Shown here: piece after piece, positions 1 through 27,735 of the stretch
How positions within the stretch are numbered: the first letter of the stretch is position 1
Layout: every line of letters starts with the position of its first letter
Source: Glaucostegus cemiculus
Taxonomy: Eukaryota
Length of the DNA stretch: 64,000 bases
Assembly: GCA_976551045.1 (NCBI GenBank)
Contig: CDPCPM010000005.1
Span: 12,462,001 to 12,526,000 of the forward strand
Direction of reading: 5' to 3'
Notes under the pieces: model-generated
The model's input: the letters and a program-made list of their open reading frames with translations, nothing else
The model's database searches: none
What the model was told of the DNA's origin: nothing
Translations under genes and position numbers: made by a program

Positions 1-287
1 CTAATTATATAACAAATCTTTTTCTTTTCTATCTTTTACATTACACTTATGAACCGAGAGATTGTTGGAACTATTTCTTTTAATATATATCATACTTTAT
101 TGCTTTTTTTTAATGATTACCTATGATTGTTACTTGATATTTCTATAATACATGTGTAAACATTGTTGTTATATATCTTAACCTGTATTGATTTGTTATC
201 AATAAAAAAGATTGAAAAAGTTATTCCAAGAGTGCCCAACAATGTTTATCTTTAGACGTTAATCGATGTTTCCATATTTATCTTCAG

Positions 288-14256
<13,969 letters not shown>

Positions 14257-14686
14257 CTAATGTAGTAACAGTCTTCAAATATTTATTCCTTTTCAAGATT
14301 GATTGACAGTTGCATATTTAGCCACCTTGATCCCGAATTGTACTTTCCTCCTTAACTCTCTACTCCTCCCACCCTTCCTTCTATTTCATTACTTGCACCT
14401 CCCTTTCCCCTCACTCTCTCACAACCCATTTGCACTATGTTTTCCCTTGTGCCTCTGTGCAGCACCTTGGGATTTTTTTCTACATCAAAAGTGATGAAGA
14501 GGCGCACGCTGCTGACCGTATGTAGCCTTTTTTTTAACTACTTTTATAAAGGGGTTAAGAAATTTATTGAAGATTTCATTCATAAACTTGTTCTGAGAAC
14601 ATGATAAAGCATTCTGGTATCTTCTTCACTGAGAATAATGCTGCTTTTCTTGCTTTAAAAAGAACAACTTTAAGTATGCAAATATG

Positions 14687-14692
14687 AATAAA
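14687..14692 (+). terminator. Candidate proximal polyadenylation signal of the kinase gene
   Basis: AATAAA about 430 nt after the stop codon. Confidence 0.35.
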
Positions 14693-16159
14693 CGCAAATT
14701 GCTAATGTCTAAAAAAGAGTTTAATGGTGAAAAAGGTGGTGGATTATTTATTGTGTTTCAGTTGTGAAGCTTAATCATTACATTGGTGTCACTGGGATGC
14801 CTCATTTGCTTGGATGCAGTGTTAATCTTACATTTTGCCATTAGTAGGAAATTTTGATATCTGGCCTATAAAAAGAAGTCATTATATGGGACATTTTCCT
14901 CACAAATTATGACTTGCTTTGAGATATGAAAGAGAGTGGGAATGCTAATTTAACAGGTGGGGGGTGGGAGATGATGAGGGTAGGATTGTGGTGTGCAGAT
15001 GGAGACCAGGTAGTAGTTGTGGGGAGATGGGGTACAATGTTAGTGAAATGTGTGAGCATCTGAATTTGTCTGATACATTTTAGCTGTCTTTCAAATTAAG
15101 ATGATCGATATGTTGTTTCAAAGGCTCCTGCTTTAAAAGCCAGACATGTCAAAACATTATAGGTCAATCATAGAGAAATATATCTGCCAATGACCTTGTG
15201 GGAGAGCTCAGGAGTTCAACCATAACATTATTGAATGATAAAGCAAGTTGGAGGGTTGTATGGCCAGTTCCTCCAATTTCCCATGTTTGTTCTTATTGTC
15301 AGAAAACATGGATTGAGTCATGTAGCTGGAACAGGAGACAGAGATTGTGTGTTATGTCAGTTATTTTGAATTTAAGAAAATAGGATATAGGTTGAGGCTG
15401 ATGGGCAGAGGTGGGTGTGCATTCATTGCTGTATCAGCTGAGAATACAACTGTTTTGGAATGATGTGGGGAATAATGTGGACATCTAAAGCTGTAATTTG
15501 AGTGAATATTTGATGTTTTGTATGGAAACAATGCTGGCAATTGACTTGGTGGTGCATGCGCAATTGAGATTAACCTAATAAGTGCCATAAATATATAAAA
15601 CTGAAATTTGAGGACAACTCAGATCAGAGCACACACAAAAAGTGGCTTTATATGGCCTCCTATAAGCCAGAAAAATTGGAATCATGCTTTTAAGCCCAGG
15701 AGAATGCAGCTGTTTTGAGGCTGAAAGTAAGAAAACTAAAAATGATCAGAGCCTGGAGCAAAAGATACTGCACAGATTTGCAACAGGAGATAAATGATGT
15801 TATGAAGAAGCTGACAGATTTTTTGTATGTTTTTCCATTTAACATCCTTAGAGTATTACTTGTATTTTCAAGATTTTTTTACTTTGTGATTCAGGCAACT
15901 ATGTAGCTGATGAAGGAATTGACTCATCTTTGTTCCAGTGATATTATTGTCCTGCTTACAATGATACTCAGTTCAAAGATCATAGTTTTGTGCAAAAAAA
16001 AAGAAAAAATGTTATTCCTCATTTCTTTCCTGCCTATTCATTTTCCAGTGGTGATTTGTATTATTTTTTGATTTATTCACATTTACTTGATTAGTAATTT
16101 AGAAGATGAGTGATTATTTGACCCAATTACATTTATTCCTTACACATGTGATGCTTAGC

Positions 16160-17510
16160 AGTGTAATGCCTCTTAGACCACACTTCCATTTCTGAAACCT
16201 TTGACCCCTGGCTATTTTTTTGCTCTGTAAACCATCTTAGACTTCTCCTTTGTGTCTTCCATCTCACCTTCAATAGCATTGGACTTCTCACGAAGATTGA
16301 CACCTTTTGATCAGTGGTCTGTTTTCAATAGGCAAAATTTTTTATAAGGTTGACTTTCTCTGGTCTTTCCTCTTACTTCTGAGCAAGGCCTCTCTGATCT
16401 CACCCCATCCATGTGACCCCGGCTGGCTCCCTTGACCTTTCTCCCACTAAACACGTTAGCTGCGATTGTTAATTGTTTTTTCCTCAGGTACTTTCCCCTA
16501 AAACTGCCATCCTTTTCTCTCCTACAAAAGACCTACCTTTGACCCTTATATCATTGCAAATTATTTTCCAAACCTAACTTGCATTTCTTTCCTGAGGTCC
16601 TAGGTTGTGCTGTCACCACTGAAATCTGTGCTCATCTTTCCCAGTATTCCATGTTTGAATCCCTCCATTCAGGTTTTGCCCCTATCACAGTGCCATGACA
16701 TCTTATGTTAACTTGGCCATGGTATAATATCCCTGTAGCCTTCGATGTGGTTGACCATACTATCTTCCTAAGTCATCACCCCATCGTTATGTAACTGGGT
16801 GGACTGCCCAAGCAGGTTTCCAGTCTTGTCTATCCAGCTGTAGCTAGAGTATCACTTGCAATGGCTCCTCTTCCCATTTCCACGCAATTACCCATAAGGA
16901 TCACAAATCTGCATGATCACTAAAACAACCTCGTCTAACTTGGTCCCTTCCACAGTTCAGCTACTGCTAAAACCTTCACCCATGCCATTATAACCATTCC
17001 ACTGCACTTCTTAAAAGCCTTCTACCTTCTACCCTTCACAACCTGACTGCCTCTGCCCCCTCTCAAGCCCTGTTCACCCATCATCCCTGTACTTGTTGAC
17101 CTTCACTGGTTCATGGATATACAATGCCTCAATTTCAAAATTCTAAATCTGGCTTCCAAGTCTCTTGCTTTCACTGCAACCTACATTTCTAAAGCCTTCC
17201 AAAATATCTGCCCTTATGCAAATCTTGATTATTCCTGAATATATTTGCTCCACCCTTAGTAACCATGTATTCAACTTCAGTTGCCTTAAGCTTTGGATTT
17301 CCCTCCCTAAACCTCTGCTTCTTTCCACCTTTCAACTTTTCTCATATGTTTGTTAAAACCTAACAATTTCATCAAGCCTTTGGTCATCAGTTCCAATAAT
17401 TCTGATTTCCTAATGTAGCTGAGCTTCAAATTTTGTTGATGATATTCCTGCACAGCACTTTGGGATCTTCTAATACTTTAAAGGCACTGTATAAATATGT
17501 TGTTGTGTTC
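16160..17510 (+). mobile_element. Decayed L2-like LINE
   Basis: Remnants of QSGF..HST and AFD.VDH.IL RT motifs (about 16665-16770); 3' end aaaggcactgtataaatatgttgttg. Confidence 0.7.
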
Positions 17511-18181
17511 AAAGAGCTAATGCTATGGACATGCAATAGACACAAACATTTAATTATGTAAATAGTAAAATTTAAATATGCAAGACAAAATAGTTTTTCA
17601 GAATATCAAAATAAAGCAATAATGTATTTTTAATATGAACTGATATATATTACATTTCAAATACATTTTAAAACTTCATTGTGTAATAAGTATTTTCCTG
17701 AATTATTATATTCATTACAGAGGGAACTATTTCCATTACCCTGAATGTGTACAAGTTATGTGAAAGGCAGTTTTTTTTAATAAGAAATTATTACACAGAT
17801 ATCAGAAATGAGGAAACTATTTATATCAATACCTTTAACCAATTGTAAAAGCTAATTTGGGATTATTCTCCTAAATAATTCTAGCTGGTCTAGGAAAAGA
17901 ACTGTGTTGATTACAAACTTATAACTTATGTGCTTGTCACTGTTAATTGTAGTTAATTGTATTGTTGCTTTGTGTAAACAAATATACCATCTTCCTGATG
18001 AAACTTCTTTCATTGCAATACTTATTGATTTTCAAATTGTTTAATTTCTTTTTACCCAGCAAAGACTGAATGATAAATGTATTTAGCTGTATGTTCTGCT
18101 GAGGTGACTGTGTACAGGAAACACAAGTACTTCAAGCAACAAATTTCTTTGCACAATGAAAATGCTGCTTGTGTGTTTTGC

Positions 18182-18246
18182 AATAAAGTATTTTAAGAAC
18201 ATTCACCTATATGCTTTATTTTGTTAACATTATCATTAGTTTTATT
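18182..18246. terminator. Opposed polyadenylation signals (AATAAA + at 18182; AATAAA - at 18215-18220 and 18241-18246)
   Basis: Hexamers on both strands between the convergent kinase and PRORSD1 genes. Confidence 0.4.
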
Positions 18247-19711
18247 AGTTAATTTTTACATCAATATTTATATACAGTATAGAAATTGCTGCTATAATAT
18301 CAGAAACACAAGATGATAATGCGCCTAATTGAGCTGGCTATCGCTACTGGATCTGAGGGAAACTGCAAGCGTTCAAGTTCTCCCTGAGAGCTTTTGTGGA
18401 CCTCCATATGCAATCCAGGTAACTGTGTTTGGCAGGCCAAATTCAGATTGATTCAGCCCAATATATTGCATACAATGTCAAGACTTAAAATGCTAGTATA
18501 TATTGCACTAAGAGCTCCATTCACCCTTGCCATTTAGTTCATTTTATTACCTTAGAGATTATATATTCTGCTGTTTTGCATTATTTTCCCTGCCCTATCC
18601 CAACCAAGTGTTTGGTATTTTTCTTTTTATTGTTCAATAGATGCAAATTTATTGCTGTGAATTTCAGGGAAGAAGATGCACTTATAAGTGTGAAGTATTT
18701 GACCACAAATAATTTGTGGAATGTCATGGTCTGTGTAGAAATTTTATATTCTCATATGCTCTTGTCACAGGTGTGGATATCAGATTCAAATAGAACAACT
18801 TATTTGGATTCCTTGCGAAGTTTAGAATGCCCATATTTCAAGTAATAGAGAAGATATATTTCGGCATAGCATAGGAATTTTAAAGTTTGCTGTTCTACAA
18901 GATTTTTACCTTTTTTTTGTTAGGATTGGAGTTGGGCTAATGTCCTAGCCCTGATTCTTGGTGTGAAGCCTCAGTCCTGCTGCTTGCTTTCGCCCAGTTC
19001 CAGATCACTTTTCCAGGTTAGATGGCACAATTAGATGGGAAGCTGCATGGTCTCATGGTCCTTGCCATGTTCATTTTATTGCACCTTTATAATTCACAGC
19101 AGCTACAAGGATTGGCAGCATGGCATGCAAAATGTATCCCAGAAGAGACACCATAACTGGCATCTAGGAGATACTTTGGACTCAGCACCAGTCAAATCTC
19201 TCTGGTCTTCCTATGTACCCAAGCCTAATTCAGAGCAGTGAACAACTTGTTTTTAGACGATAAGAAATAGAAACAGGAGTAACCTCTTGAATCTGTTCTT
19301 TTTCTCTACCACTGCCTAGTAGCCTCTATTGGGTGGAGCTGTTTGTCAGAAATGAATTCAATTTTGACACAGTTCCTTCCAGACAATAATCTAAACAAAA
19401 TTCCACAGAATGAGTGGACATTTGGTTATTTGTTGTGGGTTATCAATGCCAGTGGATCTGCATACCTGCATCAGCCTTCACATTCAGGGCCTTCAACATT
19501 ATTGTTTTCATTGCTTTGAATACAGGAAGCAGTGAAAGCAATAATGTTGAAAGCTTTTCCCACCTTTATAATTACATTACTAATTTAGTTCTATTTCACA
19601 ATATTATGAAATATTTAAAAATCATGTTTGCTTGAAATACACTTCCAAATGAATTTGATAACACAATGCAATAAAATTAATATTGCATGATTTTATTTAT
19701 TTTTTTACATT

Positions 19712-20140
19712 CTAATCAAAATTCAGTATTGTGGGTTCATGACCTGTTTCCTTTACAAATTGTAGGAAGTCTGCAGGCTTTATACCCATAGTGGCTGTAT
19801 TAGTCATTGGGTGAAAATAGATTCTTTCATATCCTCCATTTACAAAGTTTGAATCCAACACAAATTTTACATCTCCTTGTTTATCACAAAACAGAGCAAG
19901 TGGTGTTGCACAACCTTGACCAACTTTTAGTTTTTCCAGCATTGTCCCTTCATCTGCAAAGCGTAGATTTCCACTTCCAACACCCAGCTTCTTTGCTAGG
20001 TCATTCAAGTTGACTTGTCTATCATGTAAGACAGTCACCAACCACAAGCTTTTTTTCTTCTTGTCTTTAAGGAACAAGTTCTTACTGTGCGCCCCCTCAA
20101 GGTGTTGCACATAAGGCATCATAGCTTCAACTGTAAAGAC
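19712..20140 (-). CDS. PRORSD1: PRORSD1 coding exon 2
   Basis: atatag|GTC acceptor on the minus strand; KNLFL and HP..N motifs; stop at 19714-19712. Confidence 0.96.
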   Translation of the reverse strand, partial: VFTVEAMMPYVQHLEGAHSKNLFLKDKKKKSLWLVTVLHDRQVNLNDLAKKLGVGSGNLRFADEGTMLEKLKVGQGCATPLALFCDKQGDVKFVLDSNFVNGGYERIYFHPMTNTATMGIKPADFLQFVKETGHEPTILNFD

Positions 20141-23100
20141 CTATATAAAAAAATCAAAAGAACAGAATGATAGACTTAAAAAGGGACATAATTACATTTG
20201 TGCACTCTGGACCATTTACAGTATTACCTGCCCTCCAATCTCCACCCAGTGTTTACATTTGCTTGTGAAAAAAATTCTGTGAGATCATTAAAAATTACCT
20301 GTAATCATAACCAGTAGGAAGACAATGGAAAAAAACTAGAAATAAAAAGCTGATTTCAGTAAAAACATCAAGGCCTGGATTTTATGCTGTAGGTGACTTC
20401 TGTACTAAAGCAAGAAGCTACTAAAATCCCTACAGAAATTAATTCCTGTGTGTTTACTTGGATCATCATCAGCAATTTCAGTGCTATTTCTTAGTTCTCT
20501 GTACACCAGCATGGATAATATTATGGCGATCTGACTAACTTAACATAGGTGATTAGAATGAGTTAATGAGGGCAGCAAGGTGCTTTAGTGATACGAGGAC
20601 AATATGCAATGTGGTTTTGCAAGGCTTGGAACTATATCCCTTGCTTTTTACTGTATATGTGTGTTTTTGACAAATGTACAAGCCTTGAAAAGAATTACTG
20701 ATTGTATCAAAATTGACATTGTGGTTAAGTGAAGAGAACAGATTTCAAATGGACTGGTCAGGTGGCAAATAAAATTTAATCTGGAGAAGCAACAAGTAAT
20801 GCATTTCTTTCTACATTCTAGGGATGTGGCCTTCACAGGCTGAGCCAGCATTTAATTTCCCATCCTGAGATGCCCTTGAGAAGCTGGTGGTAAGCTGCCT
20901 TCTTGAACTGCTGCAGTCCTTGAGGTATGGGTATACCCATAATGCTGTTAGGGAGGGGGTTCCAGGATTTGGACCCAGCAATGGTGAAAGAATGGTGATA
21001 TATTTCCAAGTCAGCATGGTGTGTGACTTGGATGGCAACTTCTGGGTGGTAGTGGTGTTCCCATGTCTTTGCTGCTCATCCTTCTAGCTGGTAGAGGTCG
21101 TGGGTTTAGAAGGTGTTGTTTAAGGAGTTTTGGTGAGTTGCAGCAGTGCATCCTGAAGATTGTACAAACTCCTCCCACTGTGCATCGGTGGTGGAGTGAG
21201 TGAATGGTTGTAGATGAGGTGCCTATCAAGTGGGTTGCTAAATCCTGTATATTGTCAAGCTTCTTGAGTGTTATTGAAGCTGCACTCATCCAGACAAGTG
21301 GAGAGTATTCCACCACACTCCTAAATTGAGATTTGTAGATGGTGGACAGGCTTTGGGGAGTTAGGTGGTGAGTTATTCATTGCAGGATTCCTCGCCTCTG
21401 ACCTGCTCTTGCAGCCACATTGCATATATGGCTACTCCAGTTCAGTTTCTGGTCAATGGTAATCCCCAGGATATTGATAGTTGATGTTTTAGTGATGATA
21501 ATGTCATTGAATGTCAGGCAGAGATAGCTGGATTTTCTCATTAGATATCGTCAATGCCTGGCACGTGTGGTGCCAATGTTATTTGCCCCCTATCAGAACA
21601 GGCCTGGATATTGTCCAGATCTTGCTACATTTGGTTTTATACTACTTCTTTATCTGAGGATTCATGAATGGTGCTGAACATTGTGCAATCATCAGTGAGC
21701 ATCCCTACTTCTGAATTTACAACTTAAGGAAGGTCATTGATGAAGCAGCTGATGACGGTTGGGCCGAGGACACTACCCTGAGGATCTCCTGCGGAGATGT
21801 CCTGTGACTGAGTTGACTGACCACCCACCACCATACCCATCTTTCTCTGTGCTAGGTCTGAGTCCAACCAATGGAGGGCTCCTCTAGCCCTCCCCACCCA
21901 GCAATTCCCATTGACTCCAGTTTAGCCAGGGCTCCTTGATGCCACCCTCAACCAAATGTTGCCTTGATGTCAAGGGCAGTTACTCCCATTTCACCTCTAG
22001 CATTTAGCTTTTGTTTGCACATTTGGACTAAGTCTGTAATCAGGTCAGGAGCTGAGTGAATTTGGCAGAACCCAAGCTGAGCTTCTGTAGCAGGTTGTTG
22101 CTAAGCAAGTGCTGCTTGATAACACTATCGATTACCCCTTCCATCAGGTTGCTGACGATTGAGAGGAGACCAATGGGGCAGTAACTAGCTCAGTTGAATT
22201 TGTCCAGCTTCTTCTGGGCAGACACACCTGGGAAATTTTCCACCATGTCAGGTAGATACCAGTGTTGTAGCTGCTCTGGAACAGGTTGGCCAAGGTCTGG
22301 AGCATGTCTTCAGTACTGTTGCTGGAATGTTGTCAGTGCCCGTAGCCTTTGTTGTATCCATTGCCTTTAGCTATTTCTTGATATCACATAGAGTGAATTG
22401 AATTGGCTTGAGATTGGCATCTACCATGCTGGGGACCACTGGAGGTGGCCGAGATAGATCCCCACTCAGCAATTCTGGCTGGAGAGGGGGGCAAATGGTA
22501 CAGCGCAGCAAGATAGTTCTCATAAGCTATTAAATTCATTGGAAACATCCAATTACTTTTAATTGGCTGCAAGTTTGAATACCTGGTCACCGAAGGGATT
22601 AAAAAGAAATGGAACTTTTACAGTGCAAAGTCTACACTGAGGATGAATTACATTAAAGGGGAAGTACCACTTAAAACATGCAATTAAGAGTTGCAGATGC
22701 AAGTCTGATGTGGAACCATTCAGCCCCTTTATAATAACTTTTAGCAGCTTCTGCCTTCTTTCTCTTTTTCTTTTGTACATGGTGACTTGAGCAGGGTTAT
22801 GGCTCAATAGTTGATGTGTTAGATTCCAAGATGCTGTTAATGACAGATATTTAATGTGAAGTACTTGGTAAGTGCCAGGATACTTAGAAGTGTACAGGAA
22901 CAGAGTGAACAGGCATGTGTCCACAGAACCCTAGCAGGCCAAGCTGATGAGGTGGTTAAAAAGGCATAAAGGACACTTGCTATTAATGCTGGATGCATGG
23001 AATACAAAGCCATTGAAAAATCATGCTGGAATTGTGTAAAACTATAGTCTTAATTAAGAGGTCTTGCATTTTTTGAGTGTATATGTCCTCTTTCTGTTTA

Positions 23101-26100
23101 TCATTTCCTAAACTTTACATTCCTCTTCACTTGCATCAGTACCTGCCTTCCCCCACACCTTATTCTACCCTGTACGTTCCTCAACAACCATGGAGGTCTG
23201 GATCTGGAAGTTCCCCATTTTCTTTTAAAGTAATTCAGATGCAGTTGGGTATTTATTTAGGCATGGTCCTGAACAGAAGTGTACATTTTGGGGGTAGGGG
23301 TAGTGGGGGAAGAGCCAGAATGACAACTCAAAATGTTTTTGAGAGCCACTCATGTAAGCAAGCAAATCTTGAATTTCCTTAGGGGTCCTCACTACTGTCC
23401 TTCTGACTACATTCTGATGTTGGAATCCTCTTGGAATCTAATGGCAAATCACCAACCTTCTGCAGTTTCCCTGACATTCCACTGGGAAATCTGGGAGCTG
23501 AATTTGTGCCAGATTTCAAGCTCCATTTGTTTCAATGGACGATAATAGTTCTGAGAAAAAACGATGAGCACTGGGACTCTTAAGTCTTCTAAATTAATAT
23601 ACTTAACAAATCCAATTAACTGATTTATTATCTTTTCTAGTGTTTTAATTATCTTAATTTTTGTATTTAAACATGCTATGATTAATTTTTAGTACCTTTT
23701 GATTTTTAAAAAATGTTTATGAATGTCAACATACAAAAACTTTCAGAGAGAAAGGCAGTTTTGCCTGGGTGATGACTATCAAAGCTCTGCAGGGTCTCGG
23801 CTAGTGTGCTGTGATTAGTCTTGGTCATGAAGATCATTGTGAGACAACAGCAACAACACTGGGACCTCAATCATCTTTAAGATGCTACAGGTAAGTAAAG
23901 GTAAAGGTTCCCAGCTCACTAACATGGGCTGTTCATTGTGTATCATGGCCTATAAGACCCGAGACATATGCTAGAATATTAGTTAAGTTAAAGCTGTTGT
24001 ACTGCATACAGCTTTGGCTACCCACATTACAGTAAGAGTGAAAATGCTATAGGTAGTACACTGAATATTTATGATGTTAACAATAAAAGCTGCAAATGCA
24101 GGAAATTCAAATCAAAGAGAGAAAAGGCTGTTAGCAATCAGCAGGTCAAGTAGTACCTGTGGGTACGTGGAAACATGTGGAACAGAGCTTGTTTCAGTCC
24201 TATTCATGTAATCCTACTCAACTCTTCTTCCATTACACTAACAACTGTATTGGCACAGGTTCCTGCACTCCAACAGTTCTTGAAAATTTCATCGACTGTG
24301 TAAAGGTGCGAGCAGGGTGGAAATTGGCAGCATAGTCCATGCAGATGATACATTAGAGATCAATAACCATTTTAAACCTTCTGACTCCCAGTTCTCTTGA
24401 CTTCACTTCCTCCCACACTGCTTTCTGTAAGAACCCCACATTCCATTCTCTTAGTTCCTGTTCTATCTGGTCTGATGATGAGAATTTCCACACAAAGCTT
24501 TTAAAATGTCTTCCTTTTTCTTTTACCATGGATTGTGCCATAGTTGACAGGCCTCTTAACTGCATCTCCTCTCCTGCATTTCTGTTCTTGCCCACTCTCT
24601 TCCCAAGGATAGGAATCCCTTATTTACACCTTCCACCCTACCAGCTTTCACATACAATGGCTCGCCCTCCATCTTATTTTCCATCTTCAATGGGACTCCA
24701 CCACCAGGCACATCTTGCCCTCCCTTTCAGCATTCCAAAGAAAGCATTCTCTCCCATCTTCACCAACCTACTCATGGCACTTTCCAGTGCAACCAATGGA
24801 GATGCAACACCTGCCCATTTCCCATCATCCGGGACCCCAAACAGTTCTTCCAGGTGAAGCAGTTTACTTGCAATTTTTCCAACATAATGTATTGCTGTTG
24901 GTACTCACTACGTGATCTCCACAAAGTTGGAGAGGGCCTCATTGGACTGGGCTCACTGCCTGGAATTTCCACCTGGTCCTGCACCCTTGCACTCAGCTGG
25001 GCCAAATGCAGAGAGGTGATCCCTTTGGCTTCTGCTTTCCAGAGTCCAGCAACAAGATCAAGATAATAACCTGGCTGTTACTGGGGAAATACAAAGGCTC
25101 TGAACCCAGAGCTTCCAAATGGAAGGCTATGTTGGAAGTGGAGCTTTGTCTTCTGTCAAAGCTGTTACCATTTTAATAATCAGGGAGTTTAAAAGTTATT
25201 AAGGTAGAAATAAATTATTCACTGAGCTAAAGTAAAACAATTACATTTAAGTGTTAAAGGTTAATTATTCTCCTCTTTGCCTTTTAAGTCTTTTTCCTAT
25301 AAAACCCCATTGAAATTAATGGGGATCTTGGACATACATTAATGCTTATGAATGCCTGCAAAACTGGGCCCTGCCATTAGACTCTACGGGCAAACAGATC
25401 TGTTGGACGTATTCACCCCCTATATGTCTGTATGTCTCAGCTTCACTATGTACAGGCCATCCATGGTTAATGAACAGGTTCCTTTTTTTATAGACAACCA
25501 TAAGTTGATTTTGTTCATAAGTTGAAAAATAGAATATAGAAAATAGAACAGAACAGGCCCTTCAGCCCATGATGACTGTGCCAACCAAATTAAACAGCAT
25601 ATCTGCCTGAATATGATCCATATTCCTCCATTCCCTGCATGGTCATGTGCCTGTCTAAATGCCACTATTGTGTCTGCTTCTACAACCACCCCCTGCAGCA
25701 CATTTCAGGCACATTACCCTGCACTTCTCCCTTAAACTTTCTCCCTCTCACTTTAAATGCATGCCCTCTAGTATTTGTCTTTTTCCCATGGTAGAAATGT
25801 CTCTATCTACCCTATCTATGCCTTTAATAATTTTATAAACCTCTATCAAGTCTCTCCTCATCCTCTGACACTCTAGAGAAAGCAATCCAAATTTGTCCTA
25901 CCTCTCCTTATAGTTAATATTCTCTAATCCAGGCAGCATCTTGGTGAACATCTTCTGCACCCTCTTCAAAGCCTCCACATCCTTTCTGTAATGGGGCAAC
26001 CAGAACTGCACACAATACTCCAAATGCAGTCTAAACAAAAGTTTATACAGCTGCAAAATGACTTCCTCTTATTCTCAATGCCCAGATTGATGAAGGCAAG

Positions 26101-27472
26101 CACACCACATGACTTCTTTACTACCCTATCTACTCATATGGCCACTTTCAGGGAGCTACAGACTTTGATCCCAAAATCCCTCTACATCAATGCTCCAAAG
26201 GGTCCTGCTATTTACTTTATACTTTCCTCTTACATCAGACCTCCTAAAAAGTGCAATACCTCCCACTTGCCCAGATTAAACTCCATCTGGCATTTCTCTG
26301 CCCATATCTGCAGCTGATCTATAACCTGTTGTAACCTTTGGCAACCTTTTTCACTCTCCACAAGTCCACCAATTCTTGTGTCACTGGCAAACTTACTAAC
26401 CAGCCCCTCTACATTTTCATCCAAGTCATTTATATATGCTCACAAACGTACTCGATATGATAACCATACCTCCACAGAATTGCAATGAATGACTTCAAAA
26501 GCACATAAGACTGACAAGAGAAAACAATTACTTAAAGTGGAGAAACTAGTTCTACCGGTTAAGGAATGAACGTACGTATTTTTGAATTTAATATCATGGG
26601 AGCTCTTTTGTATGTAAGGGTATTCATAAGTTAGGCTTTTCTAACCCTGGGGGCCTGTACGCACACAAGTCCCGGACTTACTTCGCCTTAAATGCCTGAA
26701 CCACAACCCACAGACAGCACGACTCGGCCAATTTACGCTGCTGTCTAGAAAGGCCGAATGGGTCGGCTTGTTTGGAACAGAGGCGAGGGAACGTAGAATT
26801 GAGCTACAGAAAATTAAGAGGAGCCTTTAAACAGCGGACAAAAAGGGCTGATTTCTCTTAGACCAGCGACCGAGAACGAATGTAAATGTAATTGAATTAA
26901 TGTAATTGGTAGAAGAGTTTGTAGTTGAATTTCTTTTTCACCCAGAGGATGGAGAAATCCGGAACTCGTTGGCTGATAGTTGGAGACGAGCTGCAGTGCG
27001 TTTAAAAGTGTTCGTAAGATGCCAAGCCGTTGATTATGCGCTGTGAAGTGTTTATTAAGGCCGGGCTGCCCTCTTTTCAGCTATCATGGACACATCGGGC
27101 CAGATATGGTCTCTTTTAGTACAGTCCATTTCTACCAAACTTTTCTTCCAGGTAAATAAGCTATCCCGAAATAATAAGAGCGTTGAAGAGTACGCCTCCA
27201 CAAAGATGCACTTCCGTAACTTGCAATGCACCCCACTCGTTCTGACTTTCTGCACGTTTTCCCGTGGGCTTTAGCCCCCCCTTCGGCTGCGGGCACGTCC
27301 GTGTGCAGCCGCTCAGGGCGCTGTGGTGAACGTGGCTCGACCTGTCACACTCGGTAACAATCGATGCCCCACCACTGGGCGCACTCACCTCGGGGTGTTC
27401 CTCACATATTGTCTCGATGTTCAGCCCTTTCAGATAATCTTCCAGCTCTCTTCGCATCTCAGTCGAAGCCAT
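19712..27472 (-). CDS. PRORSD1: Prolyl-tRNA synthetase associated domain-containing protein 1 (ProXp-ala/PrdX, YbaK-superfamily Ala-tRNA(Pro) deacylase), 2 exons, 170 aa
   Basis: Exon1 27472-27389 (MASTEMRRELEDYLKGLNIETICEEHPE) plus exon2 20140-19712 (VFTVEAMMPYVQHLEGAHSKNLFLKDKK...LRFA...GCATPLALF...HPMTNTAT...ILNFD*); phase-0 intron. Confidence 0.96.
20820..22475 (-). mobile_element. LINE (CR1/L2 group) RT fragment in the PRORSD1 intron
   Basis: ORF 21011-21316 (VEYSPLVWMSAASITLKKLDNIQD...) plus upstream RT motifs (DIKATFG, PQGSVLGP). Confidence 0.85.
24085..24940 (+). mobile_element. Penelope-like element relic (RT C-terminus and GIY-YIG), preceded by an inverted terminal-repeat fragment
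   Basis: Remnants such as SSH...IPF...SDD and VKQFTCNFSNIMYC...VGE match the PLE GIY-YIG region. Confidence 0.65.
25528..26437 (-). mobile_element. CR1 LINE 3' fragment
   Basis: ORF 26230-26424 (VSKFASDTRIGG...QMEFN); 3' tail atagaatatagaa...aacaggcccttcagccca. Confidence 0.88.
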
Positions 27473-27600
27473 TCCGTGCTTTACTCGCGGCAGCTCAAGC
27501 GAAATGCGACGTCTCAGCTGCACTTCCAGGTCACGTCTGCAGGCTTATATTTCCCTGTTGGAGACACAAGAACGCGAATGCCAGAATCTGGCGCAAAAAA
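27220..27600 (-). promoter_or_regulatory. CpG-rich promoter/first-exon region of PRORSD1
   Basis: CpG density far above the flanks; ACTTCC (ETS-like) and TCACGT motifs at about 27520-27537 just upstream of the ATG. Confidence 0.6.
27389..27472 (-). CDS. PRORSD1: PRORSD1 coding exon 1
   Basis: ggaATGG start, GAG|gtgagt donor, 84 nt. Confidence 0.93.
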
Positions 27601-27735
27601 AACCAAAATGCTGGAGGAAGGCCAGGCAGCATCTGTGGAAGGAAATGGGGAGTCGGCGTTTTGGGTGTCAACTGTCCATTTCCCTCCACGGATACTGCCC
27701 GACCCGCTGAGCTCCTCCAGCATCTTGTTTTTTGC
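27598..27735. mobile_element. Foldback (MITE-like) element made of two inverted Penelope terminal-repeat halves
   Basis: atgctggagga...gcagcatctgtggaaggaaatgg vs ccatttccctccacggatactgc...ctcctccagcat. Confidence 0.7.
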
